Below are positions 11,511 through 24,352 of a stretch of 49,062 nucleotides of DNA, one piece after another. Positions within the stretch are counted from its first letter, which is position 1. Each line of letters opens with the position of its first letter. Source of the DNA: Octopus bimaculoides (taxonomy: Eukaryota); NCBI RefSeq assembly GCF_001194135.2, contig NC_068983.1:131732297-131781358 (forward strand). Direction: 5' to 3'. The notes beneath the pieces are model-generated. The model made no database searches and was not told where the DNA came from. It saw nothing but the letters and a program-made list of their open reading frames with translations. The translations under genes and the position numbers were made by a program.

Positions 11511-12742
11511 TATGAGGGTAGGCTGAAAAGTTCATAGGCTGTCTATTGCCAGAGAGATGTTAAAACTGAAATCTTGTATGCGTTAAATTCACCCCGCCCT
11601 TTATTTTTTTATTACTAACTGTGTTATTTCTTTCCATGTAAATTGACATCGGACTGTTCAAAGGAGACTTTAAATATAACTAGTAGCATCTTCTCTTCAA
11701 AATGGACAAGATTTGACATCGTGGTGTTATCACGTAGCTGCAGAAAAAGGCTTTAAGCTCAAGGACATTCTTACTGACATGGTTGCTACATTAGGGGATG
11801 ACACTCCAGATTTACCAACAATGCAAAAGCTGGCAGCTGAATTTAGGAGTGGAAGGGATAGTTTTGAAGTTTACGCAATGACCGGATGTCCAGTAACTGC
11901 CATCACCGATGAAAACATTAATCATTTTCACCACATAGTGATGGATAACAGGCGATTGACTATAAATCAAATAATCAATGCGATAAATATATCTGGTGTG
12001 AGAGTTGAGGATATTCTGCACAATGAGCTTGGCATGACGTGACTTCCTGCTCAGTGGGTGCAACGTCTTCTGACTCCTGTTCAAAAGCGCACCAGATGAA
12101 TCACATCACACAAAATCCAACATTATTTGAAGCAGATCCGGCTGGTTTCCTTGAACGTTTTCTAACACAGGATGAGTGCTAGGTTCATGACTTCGAAACA
12201 GAAACGAAGACATGAGCCATGCAGTGGAAACTTCCTTCCTCAACTACCCCAAAGAAAGCCAAGGTCGTTCATATGCAGGGAAAGTGATGGTTTCAGTTTT
12301 GGTGATGCAAAAGCATCGTGTTTATTGACTATCTTTAATAGGGCTGTACCATCATGGGAGAGTACATTGCCAACTTACTGAGGTAGTTACAGAAGGCTTA
12401 TCAATACCTTGTCTACAGGAAAACAGACGAAAGGGGTCTTGTTTCATCAGACATGCTTCAGTACAAGTCCTTGGTTTTAATGACTACTGTACTTCACTGT
12501 CAATTCGAACTAGCTAACCACCGTCTGATCTGGCCCTGTTAGACTATCATCTGCTCTCTAACATGCAAAAAATATCTGCTGTTGATGCCATTTTGAGTAA
12601 CAAGATGAAAGTTTCTTCACCAATGAGATCCAAGCACTGCAACACCGATGGAACACGGGTGTGGACCGCAAGAAAAACTATGTTGGAAACTTCCGTGGGA
12701 GACACTTTGTCAGCCTACTTACTTTCAACCGACCCTCGTGTA
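11511..12742 (+). mobile_element. Full-length decayed mariner (Tc1/mariner) DNA transposon; transposase pseudogene at about 11702-12690
   Basis: TIRs TA-TGAGGGTAGGCTGAAAAGT (11511) and ACTTTCAACCGACCCTCG (12721-12738). Broken frames give MDKI*HRGVI, DMVATLGDD, DNRRLTINQI, ILHNELGM, AQWVQRLLTP (WVPRLL motif), FLTQDEC and SDLAPLDYHL (SPDLAPxDY motif). Many stops and frameshifts. Confidence 0.92.
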
Positions 12743-12890
12743 TATCCACAGAAAATTAATCTGAAGTTCCTGAATCTAGCTAAGTAAGTTATATGTCAAT
12801 AATTTAATTGTGTATATATGGACAGCTATAAACTCATGGGTGGGCTGAGAAATATATCTATTCGTTTATCTTACCATCTATCTATCTGAC

Positions 12891-12922
<32 letters not shown>

Positions 12923-12979
12923 ATTACGTTTGCGTATCTGTTTATCCTTATATACATATTTATAAACACACACACACAC

Positions 12980-13026
<47 letters not shown>

Positions 13027-13876
13027 GAGCTGTTTTGTTATCCAAAAGACTCAAAAGGCAGGTAAGGCTATGTAAGTGCTACGGAAGGACGGATGTTAAG
13101 CGTTCGGTTCAATAATAGCAGGTCGTGTGTGAGCGTGTATATGTTAATAAATTATGATAACAAGGCCAAGGCAATTTGATATTCCTAGGACATTTATAAA
13201 TAGAAAGGTAGCCTTACAATTGTTCCAAGGAAATAAATGATATCCCATCATCAAAGACGAGTTAAAAGAGCTTCAATAGAAGGAATGTCTCTGTGACTGG
13301 TTGTGTGTTCGTGTTAGGTACGCTATTAAACAGACACAAACATCTACACATACATATACACGTGTGACGACGGACATGCGTGAATGTATATCTCCGGGTG
13401 TCTCTCTTACTGTATGTATGTGTCTATATATGAGAGTGTATGTGCGTGTATCGCCACCTTTTGTATATGAATATACATGTGTCTGTAAATGTGTGTATTT
13501 TCTCACCTGTTACCTACGTTATCAAATACACACATGCATCTATACAAACTCTTGACAAAAAACAGTTACGTGGACGGTCCAAGTTATATAAAAATACACA
13601 TCTGCTGTTCCATTAACAGTTCATGATTATCGTAGCAGTTGCAAGGTTGTAAGTTACTTACAATTTGCTTATATTAGGTTACTTTACACTGCATAAAAAA
13701 ATTATAGACATACTATGTACATACAAATGCTTACAGAAATAGATATTAAATAGATATTAATGTATATATTTTCTATGTACATAATTTTTTGTATATCCTC
13801 ATCCACCCTCACTTGAAATACGCACATGCTCACCCACACATTCGCTAAAAAGATATATACATACCCGCATACACGT

Positions 13877-13919
<43 letters not shown>

Positions 13920-14399
13920 TATACACACACACACGCTCGCCCCAGGCTAGCACTCATACACATGCGCGCAAAAAAGGTTCATACACACGTCTATATACGC
14001 ACATGCACAAGGATAAAACAGGGCTAAAGGCAAAATACATACAAATGTGTAAAAATGTGTAAAAAGGCAATAAGTTTAAAGCACGTCTATATACGCACAT
14101 TCTCGCATGCACGCACACACACGTCTATATACGCACGTACTCGCATATACGCACACATCCACAAGCGCGCACAAAAGGTTCCATATACACGTCTATATAC
14201 ACACAGTAAAAATGCAGGGTGGAAGGTAGAATACAGAAAAAAATATGTGTAAAAACTATGTGCGATAAACCTATGAACAATATCTCTATAAATATATAAA
14301 AAAATATAAAAAATATATAAGAAATATAAGTAAAAAGTATAGAGAGATAAAAAGCTTGTGCATAGACACAATATAGAAAGCAAGTCCTATGTATAAACT

Positions 14400-14825
14400 C
14401 AGGGGGGGGGGGCAAAAACGTAACAAATATTGAGCCACATGTGGACATGAAAAGTTTAGTTCTTGAATTTAGACATGTGGCGGGGTCTAAGCTGCCTTTC
14501 CAGACGAGCCATCTTTCCATATCACAAAGACCGCACTTTCCACTGCCGTTGGTGTAGGGCTTACACGTGGCTAAGATCTTCCAATGGATGTTGTTACTGA
14601 CACCTTTATCTTTTAAGGGCCATATATAACTGGATAATTTAGTCGTTTTCCTTTTGTCCGAGTGCTTGAAGCTCAAGGTGTGATTATTGAACCTGGACTT
14701 GAAAGTACACTCTGTAAGGTCCACATATTTCTTCGTCGAAACTGTGTCCTTAGCAGGTATAGAGTCCACGGTGGCTTCATAAATGATGGTCTCGGACATG
14801 TAAGCTCCATTTTGCGGGCGGTTAC
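14400..14825 (-). mobile_element. PLE GIY-YIG endonuclease fragment; AT/microsatellite-rich putative 3' UTR extends toward about 13900
   Basis: Track ORF 14125-14799: MSETIIYEATV...KKYVDLTECTFKSRFNNHTLSFKH...LSSYIWPLKD...WKIL...PY.NGSGKCGLC..E...LNSRTKL. This is the typical invertebrate PLE GIY-YIG/CCHH region. Confidence 0.88.
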
Positions 14826-14829
14826 CGAA

Positions 14830-17200
14830 TAATTGTCACATATTTCTCCAAGGAGAAAGAAGTGCCACAATCGAAGCACATTTCGAGTCGGCTGGCACAA
14901 CTAAGGAAATATCAACGTAATCTTCAAAAAACGATGAAATAATGCTGCTGCCCACTTACTTAGGTCGCAGAACAGCAAAAGTAATGGTGGAAGATATTTC
15001 GATAGGATATGAGGTAATGTGGGTAGCGGCAGCAGTCCTATACGACGTAGAGGAGAAAATATCAATACTACAAATGAGGAAGAAAGAGGCGGTGAATTGG
15101 AAAGGACAAACATTAGAAATGGTTGTCCGGGCAAAGAATATGACATTAGAAATTTTACCCGATAGGGTCTTCGTAGAGAAGAGGCTATCCATGCGGAGAG
15201 CGGTGGAGGGACGTAGGCCCAGATGCTTTAAATGTGGAGAGAAAGGCCACGTCCGCTATAATTGTACAAAGAAAATAAAAAGGAAATGAAGCCCCTCCTC
15301 AAAACAAGGAAAAAGAGGCGGAAGAGAAAAAATAATAATAAAGGGAAAATCAGGAAAAAAATAATAACAGACAATGTAGCGGAAAATACAGAGGAGAAGA
15401 AATTTACCCAAGTAACACATAAACGGAAAAAAACCAACACCATGGACTCCCCACTCCAAACAAAAAAAATAATTACAGACGGACAACACAAAAAATCCCC
15501 CAGTCCCATCCCATTGGCACTGTGTTCATCGGAACACATTTCACCAAGCCACTCCCCATAAAACAAGACAAAAAAGTTTTTTTTTTTTAAACGAGAAAGT
15601 TATTGCATTTGACGAAAAATAAACGAAAAAGTATTTTCATACATAAAAGTACATTCCAAAATAAAACTTTTTAACAAAACGGCAGACAATAAGTCTGACG
15701 TTCGCTTTGCGAAGGTAGAGGAGGAGGAATGGAAAGAGCAAGTACTGCAGGAACATTTGAAAAACAACGAGATAAAAGATATAACTCAAGAGGTGATGGA
15801 GGGGAAACTGATTATCAGCCCGGCAGCCACACCAACCCAGAGCCCTCATGACACATGGAGTAGATGTGGCTATTGTAACCGAGTCCAAGATGAGCGGAAC
15901 TCAAGCATTCTCGCCTCTTCTGAATGGTTACGAGAAATTTATTTCTCCCAGCCGAGGAAGAGAAGGGGACGTGACAGTCCTTATCAGGAAGAGCTTGCAC
16001 TTATAGGTAAGTAGTGTCTTTCTGAACTCAGAAGGTAGGCTGGTTGTCCTGGATGTGACCCACGTGAGTAAACAGTCTTTCAGCTTGGTAACTGTCTACG
16101 CTTCTAACGAGCGTGGCAGTCGGCATTTCTTTTTCGAAACGGTAGTTCTATCACAGAACTTTAACACTATCCTCGATGTACGGGTGAATAGTTTTGGCTC
16201 GACTAGTAGGAAAGGGAATCCTGGCCTCAAGGGTCTACTAGAGAGATTGAATCTAGTAGACCGTTACCGACTGGGCGTTCCACAGTGGACGTGGCGTAAC
16301 AACGATGGCTCACGCAGATCATACTTAGATAGGGTATTCGTTAGGAAAAGAGATAAGTATACTTTTAGTTGTCCACAGTTTTGCATTGTACCTTACAAGG
16401 ATCACAAATTTGTGACGTGTGAGGTACATTTAGATAAATGTCATAGACAGGGACCCAGGTAATGGAAGATGAACAAGTCTATTTTGACTTGTGAAGCCTT
16501 GTGTACCCGGATTAAGGTGTTAGTACAGAGGGAATCATGGGGCGCCATCATTAATAATAGATGGTGGCACGCCCTCAAAAGAGCCATCCGTTTAGAGTTC
16601 ATTAGATTTAGCAATCAGCTAAGTTTAGAAGGGACTAGAATAGAGGGTGATTTAGTTTAGAACTTAGACAAAGCTATGGAATCTGGCTCCGCATCTAGAG
16701 TGCTGGCGGCGAGAACGGTCTTGTACCGTCACCTCATCTCCAAGTACGAAGGTTGCAGAATTAGAGCTAAGCTACGTGCAAGGAAACGAAAGGGTATTAA
16801 CGCTGCCGGATGGGCACGTCGTGTGAAAAGTCAGAGAGATAAAAACGACTCTATAAAGTATTTAACGGACGAACAGAGGCGCAAGATCTATGGACAGGAG
16901 AAGATGCAGAAAGTCTTTCATCAGCATTTCGCCCGCTTGTTCGGGAAGAACGGTTCACTTGATCGGGGGAAGGCCTTGAAGGACTTCCTAGCCGGTGGGC
17001 CGCGACTCTCGGCACGTGAGGCAGAGTGCTGTGAAGGACCGATCACTCCCGCGGAGGTAAAAGTGGTGCTGGTCGAGTGCGCCGGGGAAAAAGTCACCGG
17101 GGCTGGATGGTCTGCACTATGGGTATTATCGTTGTATGCCGGACTTGTTCGGGGATATACTGGCCGGCGTCTATACAAACTGGCAACAGAATGGGAGAAT
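14830..17200 (+). mobile_element. Tx1/L1-clade non-LTR retrotransposon: ORF1 (gag-like, CCHC), APE endonuclease and start of RT; 3'-truncated
   Basis: ORF1 has RPRCFKCGEKGHVRYNC (CX2CX4HX4C). ORF2 from about 15860 reads HGVDVAIVTES, SEGRLVVLDV, LVTVYASN, WTWRN...SYLDRVFV, YKDHKFV, WKMNKSIL, EGPITPAEV and KSPGLDGL. Multiple stops and shifts; ends abruptly at (AATT)n 17199-17216. Confidence 0.9.
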
Positions 17201-17289
17201 TAATTAATTAATTAATTTTCGCCCTATGGAGTAGAAAATTTCTGCAATTATTTGTGAATTTGTGAAGAGAATTTCTGCACATTTTTATG

Positions 17290-18440
17290 TTAACCAACTA
17301 AGTTATGGTCACTCAACCAGCTGTTAGCTATGCTACAGCAGCAGGAAGGTGTGCATGTAGCGATGTTGTACAAGTCAAGTTCGACGAAAGATGACATAAA
17401 ATAAGCTAACGAGCTAATTGCTAAATAAGGAAACAACCTGAGATTGACCCCCTCCGAAAAAAATATTGGATGAAACGGCAAAAAAATGATTGTTTAAAGA
17501 ACACTGTCGACCAACAGCAAAAAGGTTGGATTAGCAAGCATTGAAGAAATGGAGGAGTGCCTCAAGGGGGTGTAGCACCTTACCACGTACTACAACTGAG
17601 GCAAGAAGTACGGCGCAGTGGTGGTATGGTTTGCGACTGAACATGACGCAATAGAGTGTTCCACTGTGCCATTAAGGTCGGATTAGTGGACACTGCTGCC
17701 GACCTGTTGTGGCAAACGTGCGGCCTGAATTAGGATTCGCAGAGTGCCCCCAGAAATTGATGAAACGTGACTGGTGGCGGCTATCCACTTCAACAGCGAG
17801 GAGGAAACCAAAGTCCTGAAGGTCACGAGGACAACGGAGATGAACTGATTCGGATACGGCCTTGAGGTGACGGTACAAGTCAGAGTCCCGGACCTGCAAA
17901 AAATAGTGGATGAGATTGTGTTACCGGAGGACGTCAAACAACGAGTGGTAGCGGAGGGAAGACCTCCCATCTGCTACCACTGTGGAGTACGGAGTCACGT
18001 ACAAGCGAGGTGTCCCCAGAAACAAGAAGTGGAACCGGATATGGAAAAGGAGTAGCAGGAGGGAGAGGTGGAGCAGGGTGTCGTGGCGCAGGGTCAGATG
18101 GAGGAGGTAATGGAAGCAGTAGAGGGGAGATACCCAGTCGGAGGGACAAGGAGGAAAGGGGAGGAAAATGCATTCTCGCCACCAAAAGGGCCACAAAAAT
18201 AGAGAAAAGTCGATTTGGAGGAGATGCTTGTGGAAGGTGCAGAGGGGAAGGGAAACAGCAGTGAGGAGCGGGAGTGGGATGGAGAGCATTGACACACAGG
18301 TGCCAGGAACATCGGAAGAGGGTGGAGATGGAAGGTGGGAAGAGGTGATGAAAAGAAGAAATGTGAGGAGGACGGTGGTATACAAGAAGATTATAGAGAT
18401 AGAGACGAGGATTACGAAAATGAAAAATGTTATGAGTTAA
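17290..18440 (+). mobile_element. Second, divergent Tx1-like ORF1 (gag-like zinc knuckle) pseudogene with no following ORF2
   Basis: Has EGRPPICYHCGVRSHVQARC. Aligns by eye with the first ORF1 (LLPTxxGxRxA, WxxAA, NWxGxxLE, EGRxPxCxxCG) and has a purine-rich C-terminal part. Confidence 0.8.
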
Positions 18441-18877
18441 GATAACGGGAAGTGAATATACAGAGGACAACAGGGCGGTTTTGCTGGAGAGAGAGAGAGC
18501 GAATAAATTGAAAGAATTGTTCGGTGAACGGATTGAATTATCGTAACTGTGGATTCAATGTGACAAACTGACACCAGTAGTGCCATTAGAAGAATTTGTA
18601 GCACATTTTCGAGAAATAATTCTTTCTGCTGCTATAACTTTCATGATCTGCTTTCTTCATTTGAAATATCTCTGACCCATAGTTCTCGCATTTTTTTCTG
18701 CTAGTCGTTAGTTTTGAAATAACGTTGCCACTTTGACCATCGATAGCTTCGTATTTGGCTTTGTAGCGGGATTGTTTACACAGGGTAATGAAGATGTCGG
18801 TCCTGAATTTTGTCAACGTAAGCTCTCATATATGTTTATAAACACAAATTCATATAAGTATATATATGAATAAGCTG

Positions 18878-18910
<33 letters not shown>

Positions 18911-19192
18911 NNNNNNNNNNNNNNNNNNNNNNNNNNNNNNNNNNNNNNNNNNNNNNNNNNNNNNNNNNNNNNNNNNNNNNNNNNNNNNNNNNNNNNNNNN
19001 NNNNNNNNNNNNNNNNNNNNNNNNNNNNNNNNNNNNNNNNNNNNNNNNNNNNNNNNNNNNNNNNNNNNNNNNNNNNNNNNNNNNNNNNNNNNNNNNNNNN
19101 NNNNNNNNNNNNNNNNNNNNNNNNNNNNNNNNNNNNNNNNNNNNNNNNNNNNNNNNNNNNNNNNNNNNNNNNNNNNNNNNNNNNNATTAATA

Positions 19193-19379
19193 TTAACGCT
19201 TTCGTTCGTTTCCCGAACTTGACAAGCAAGATTTTATGAATGTACAAGCAGCTTGTTCATTTATATAAAACAGATGCTTTTGGGTAGTCAAAAAGCACCT
19301 GTTTTATATAAATGAGCAAGCTGTTTGTACAGTCACAAAATCCTATTTGACAAGTTCGGGAAGCGAACGAAAGCGTTAA
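19193..19379. mobile_element. Palindromic MITE flanked by TTAA (piggyBac-like)
   Basis: TTAA-CGCTTTCGTTCGTTTCCCGAACTTG ... CAAGTTCGGGAAGCGAACGAAAGCG-TTAA. The arms (about 90 bp, roughly 88% complementary) meet at a 5-6-nt centre. Confidence 0.75.
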
Positions 19380-19849
19380 TATTAATAATGAAGAAATAAA
19401 AAGACTTATTTTTTTCTCAATATTCAATTTCTGTACACCGCACCTAATACTCTATACATATTTATATATATGTATGCATATATATATATACACACACACA
19501 GACATAATCTCTCTCTCAACGATTCTCTCCCCTTGAGTGAAATTCTCCCCCACTTTCATTCCTTAGCAAACCCTAATTCTCTCTGCACCTTCAACTAAAA
19601 ACAACCGCAGGTGGAAACAGCGGTGGTTACCAGTCAAATTTCACTCGCTTGTTTTGAAAATGGTTGAAACCTGAATGCAAAACAAACTGATGGCAAGATG
19701 CCATGGTGAGATGAAACATTGGAAACTACTCCGAAATCATCCCGATATAATATACAGTATAGTAAAAACGTCCAAAGATCCAACATTCGCACCTGAAAAG
19801 AACAAAGAAAGGCTTGTATGTAGTTGGACTATAGGGAACTGCTAAGTTG

Positions 19850-20520
19850 ACACATGTTCAGTATAACTGCAAAAAGGTTACGGAGTTACCTTGGAGAATC
19901 TGATCCTGATGCTTCAGTTAATGCAAGGTCCCAATGCTCATCATTCTAAAAACCCTTGTTGATAGCATGTTTCCCTATAAGTTTCACAAACATGACCGTT
20001 TACCCTCATCAAATTTGGGGTCACGTGCTTCATGCAAAAGGAGTCGTAAGAAGTAGAATTCTGCTTGGCTTGGGTGGACACTGTAAACCCTTGCAAGAGT
20101 ATTACCTCCACGTTTCCTCTTGTGTCATTTATTGTTTCTCCAGGTGTAATACTTGAGTAATTGTGGGTAAAGGAGTTTTCTTGCATCTTCATGTACTTGA
20201 CACAATTAAAAAAAGGCAGCCAAGGTAGTTTCTTTTGGAGAAAGTACAAGTTGCAAGGCTGTTTGTTTTGTAAAGATAACCCTTTGGCCATTCTCTAGAT
20301 GGACACTCGGGTGAATGATGGCTGGGTTCCTCTCATGAATGAGAAAATTGAAGATGGGCCAAAAAGTCTTATTTGTCATACTGTGCAACCTCGTCACTTC
20401 TATCTATCTGCTGACTTCCATTCTGCATAGGAGTGTATGTTGCAACATCTAAACCTTTCTTTACATATTTGTAAACATACTTAAAAGAGTTAACAGAGTT
20501 GCACAGAAGTCCACATTGAC
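19850..20520 (-). mobile_element. Helitron RepHel fragment (end of the HUH Rep domain and linker), pseudogenised
   Basis: NVDFC...KYVYKYVKKGLDVA, FWPIFNFLIHERNPAIIHPSVHLENGQRVIF, TTLAAFF, RVYSVHPSQAEFYF, VNGHVCETYRETC, EHWDLALTEAS, LRNLFAVIL. Confidence 0.9.
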
Positions 20521-20738
20521 TACATGTACTCGTCTTTGCTTTACTGTAGAATACTGATTATCTACAGCTTTGAACACTTTTTGAAAATTAAAATGGGGAT
20601 TAAATGAAAAAAGGAGTTACGTGAATATCTTCACAAGAGTGATTGACATGTACGACGATTGCGGAACGCCGCAAGCACGTGCACAATCACAGAAACATGC
20701 AGTATCAAACATCAAATGAGATGGACGTGAGAGTGAAT

Positions 20739-20932
20739 GGGTGTGTCGTCATGCATGCGTACATACATAAATATATATACATCTTTTTTTGTATGTATAT
20801 GTACGTGAGCGTGTGTGAGAGAAAGAGTGAGTACCACACAATCTCTCTCTGTCTCACACACGCACACACATACATACAAAAAAGTTGTATGCATACGCAT
20901 TTATATATGTATGCATACATGACAACACACCC
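20739..20932. repeat. Imperfect inverted repeat (about 90-bp arms, 15-nt spacer) built of CA/TA/GA micro-repeats
   Basis: GGGTGTGTCGTCATGCATGCGTACAT...TTTTTTTGTATGT...GTGTGTGAGAGAAAGAG mirrored by CTCTCTCTGTCTCACACACG...ACATACAAAAAAG...ATGCATACATGACAACACACCC. Confidence 0.7.
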
Positions 20933-21244
20933 CTTCTGTCGCTGTCTCTCTCTCACACACGCACATACATGCGTACATACAAAATACACATTTCAGTGTG
21001 TGACTGACTACAACATAGAGCTGAACATGGCGCGCAAAAAGTAAATAGATAAAAAACTTTTTACGGAAATTAACTAAGTGTGCAAATTTAAGTGAAATTT
21101 GTGAACTTAGTATTTCTTTCAGTAATTTATCGTAGTTGTTTGCAAATAGTGAATTAAGACTTGAAATAAAAACATTGAAATAGCCAGTAATAGATTTTAC
21201 AAATGAATGCGGAAAATTTTACAGTTGCTACGTCAATAGCGGAA

Positions 21245-21418
21245 GTTGACATTGAGAAACCTTTTTGAAGAAGTGAATCGCAAATATAAAGCAATATCAT
21301 TTATTTTTGATAAAAAAAAAATAAAAAAATAAAAATTAAAGAGTCTACTATGTATCCGAGGTCAAATTATTCACGTATCCCAAGTTTGGAAGCAATACGC
21401 GCAGCCGTTTTCGCGTGA

Positions 21419-21469
<51 letters not shown>

Positions 21470-21480
21470 CTATTTTTATA
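21245..21480 (+). mobile_element. Non-autonomous Helitron/DINE-1-like element end
   Basis: Homologous to 7990-8225. Ends CCCAAGTTTGG...GCAGCCGTTTTCGCGTGAAAAGCAAAC(AC)n...TATTTTTATA. Confidence 0.5.
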
Positions 21481-21779
21481 TGACCCAAGAATTCTGCTAC
21501 GAAGTTGCTATGACCATTGAATGCACTATCACCCTTTTCTTTTCTCGAAATGGACATTTCCACCTCCATCCCCTCGAATATCAATGTTTTCATCAAGATC
21601 CCACTCATCATCTCTCACAGGTAGACTACATATTTCTCTTTTACACACGTCTCTCAACCTATATCTTGTCTTTGTTGTTCAGGGGTCATGATTTCTATTC
21701 TAACTCTATCACTAAAGGTTTTCTGTACTTACGATGACTCTACACAACTCTTCACACGGATATCTACAATGATGATTTC

Positions 21780-23320
21780 AAGATTGTCTGAATCAAAACC
21801 ATCATTGTTCACCCCTCTAAATACTTACTACTGGTCTCCTAAATCTTCCAACATCTCGCATAATTTTGACCATATCTTCCCCTACAGTATTGATGACATA
21901 TTTTACACCTCCACCCCCATCTCAGTAATCATAGTTCACAGAGATTTTAACATTGACAATTCATCTTACCTCTCTCTCTCTCTCATCCTCTACCGATACT
22001 TTCGGTGCAGAAATTGAATCTTGTGCAATCTTTAAATCTCTTCATCTTGGCTCAATGCGCTAAACGCATACCAAATCTACAATCATTCCAAATACACATG
22101 ATCTGTTTCGTACTGAGAAAACAAAGCTTTACCAGACTACAATAGTGTTCCTGCCTATCGAGTCATCTGACCGCAGCCTTATTACATTACACACCACATT
22201 TCGCAACATGTGGTGTTTGAAGACGATATAACAGTATCTCAAATATTATGATTCCTATTCAGAGCCGCGAAGTGCCTCAGTATTTTTTAGTTCTTAACTG
22301 GAGTACTTCTCATGTTTCTGGGATGGTGCTGCTGCTTTACACACAAAAACTACTGACACATTTTCAAATATATTTAAACTTCAACCCCTAGCTCCTGGAC
22401 TCGATGTTACTACTCTTTGTCTCATAACAAGAAACTATCTTCATACCTGTTTCCAACACAGCCGATCTAGCTGTTGGGCGTTATTACCTCCGGAGATATC
22501 TCTTGCAAAAGGCATGTCCTTACTTGCAAAAAGAAAGGACCGCATTCCAACGATTGACTATTCTTATTTGAGATAGAAAATGCTTCAGTCTCCAACAATT
22601 GTCGACACTCTAAAATGTCGACAAGGCTCGTAATAGAATATTGCTTTCACATTTGGGATAGTGCTACTGCTACATCACAGACATCTAATACTGCATCTAG
22701 TGAAAGGTCATTTGTTCCATTGGCCTGAAATCTCACAGCCACTCTCCAGCCTATGACATACAAGAGAGCTCTCTCTCTCCTATATTCGCATGTTTTATTA
22801 CTAGTCTACTGATCCCTGTTTCTCGAATCTAGTTTCGATTTAGACATTTCACTTCCACTGTCTCCCCTCTCCTCAAACATAGCTATGTCCAACATCCAAT
22901 GTCCTCTCATTAATCACTAAATCCTGTTCCTTCTGTCCAGAACATTGATTATCTAGTATTTCCACCAAGCTCATGTCTTTTTAGTAGGTGTTGACTCACA
23001 AATTTCAAGAGGAACATAACTGATTTCACCGGTATAAGAGATCTTGTGAAAGCCATGCTACAAAGACAAGCAGAGAATGTATACCGTTATTACAATATCA
23101 TCTGTACTTCTAAGCTAATTCCATACCCTTTTATCGCCAAGTCAACGATTCCTATTCAGCTCTTATCTCCAGTGCTTTTAGAGTATATAAACACCAAAGC
23201 AACCCATGGAATAATCCTACCAAACTTATGGAGCTGGGGATTGTGTGGATTGAGAACATACCACTCGCTCCTCCTAGACAAGTCGCCAATCCGTCAATGG
23301 TTTAACCCAGACGCTCCAGA
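21780..23320 (+). mobile_element. Highly decayed CR1/L2-like LINE ORF2 (APE remnant plus C-terminal remnant)
   Basis: YYWSPKSS...VIIVHRDFNID (YRSP...IIxGDFN), then a DLFRT/SSD-like motif. A remnant near 23180-23290 resembles YKxQxxPxMEY...HTxLLD. Confidence 0.5.
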
Positions 23321-24288
23321 AAGTAATGCTCCAGAAAGTAATGCTCCAGCAAAACGGTAGTATTGAAACTGAAATTTGTGAGTCAAAAAATATAGACTCA
23401 AGAAAATCCACTGCAGCCCTTCACAAGAATATAATATTTTGTCCTAAAGATAAACATCTTTATCAATAAGATACAGTCAAGGAGTGACAGAGATGGTGCA
23501 TTAATGGTTACACTTCATAAAATATGTTTTATACTTTCATCACTTAACTGAGTTTGGTAGAAGCCAGAAAAATACTGTCTTTAAATCTTGCGGAAGTCCG
23601 CGTCGCTGTCTACCTTTATAATATTGATAACATAAATATCATTCGTATCCTCGGATCGATTCAGCTGACCACACTTCACATTGAAACAAATGCGTGTCTT
23701 TGCTCACAGAGCAAATCATTATTAATTTTATTGCATGACCGAACTTTTTATTATTGCTTTCACTAATGATACATTCTTAGAAATAGCTTGCGTTAATTGC
23801 CTTCCAGCTTAGGCCATTAATTAACTACAGTCAGAGCAAATAGGCTAATAAATGGTTTTACTTTATTTCGTAGTGAGAACTATTAATCATCTTAAAGCAA
23901 TAAAGTTTACTAATTATCACAGACAATCCCTACTCTGTGAAGATATTTTCCAGAAGTAACAGCATTTCAGTGTGAATTCATTCATAATTTAGGGAGATGC
24001 AATACCATAGAATCTGTTGAACTTACTAATGACCAATGGAGTTGAATACTTAACATCCCTTACATTATGGCTAACCTTTTGTGGAAACCGAAGATCGAAG
24101 GTTAACCTTGCTAGAGCAGTTCTACGAACCAAAGGATTTCAACTGTATGGCCGTGTGCCTTCCTTTTAAAATATGATGTTGAGTTATTTGATGGCATTTG
24201 ATTCCTGTCCAGAGTAGGCAGGTCGACTATGTAGTGATCCCTCACTGACCTTTTTCTTGACTAATATCAGGTTTTCCCTATCACTACT

Positions 24289-24290
<2 letters not shown>

Positions 24291-24352
<62 letters not shown>
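24291..24352. repeat. (AAT)n microsatellite
   Basis: Perfect trinucleotide run. Confidence 0.97.

Noticed and set aside
18751-18822. Plus-strand mini-exon ending at a GTAAGC donor (FVFGFVAGLFTQGNEDVGPEFCQ)
   Set aside because: The acceptor is poor, and there is no recognisable homology or partner exon.
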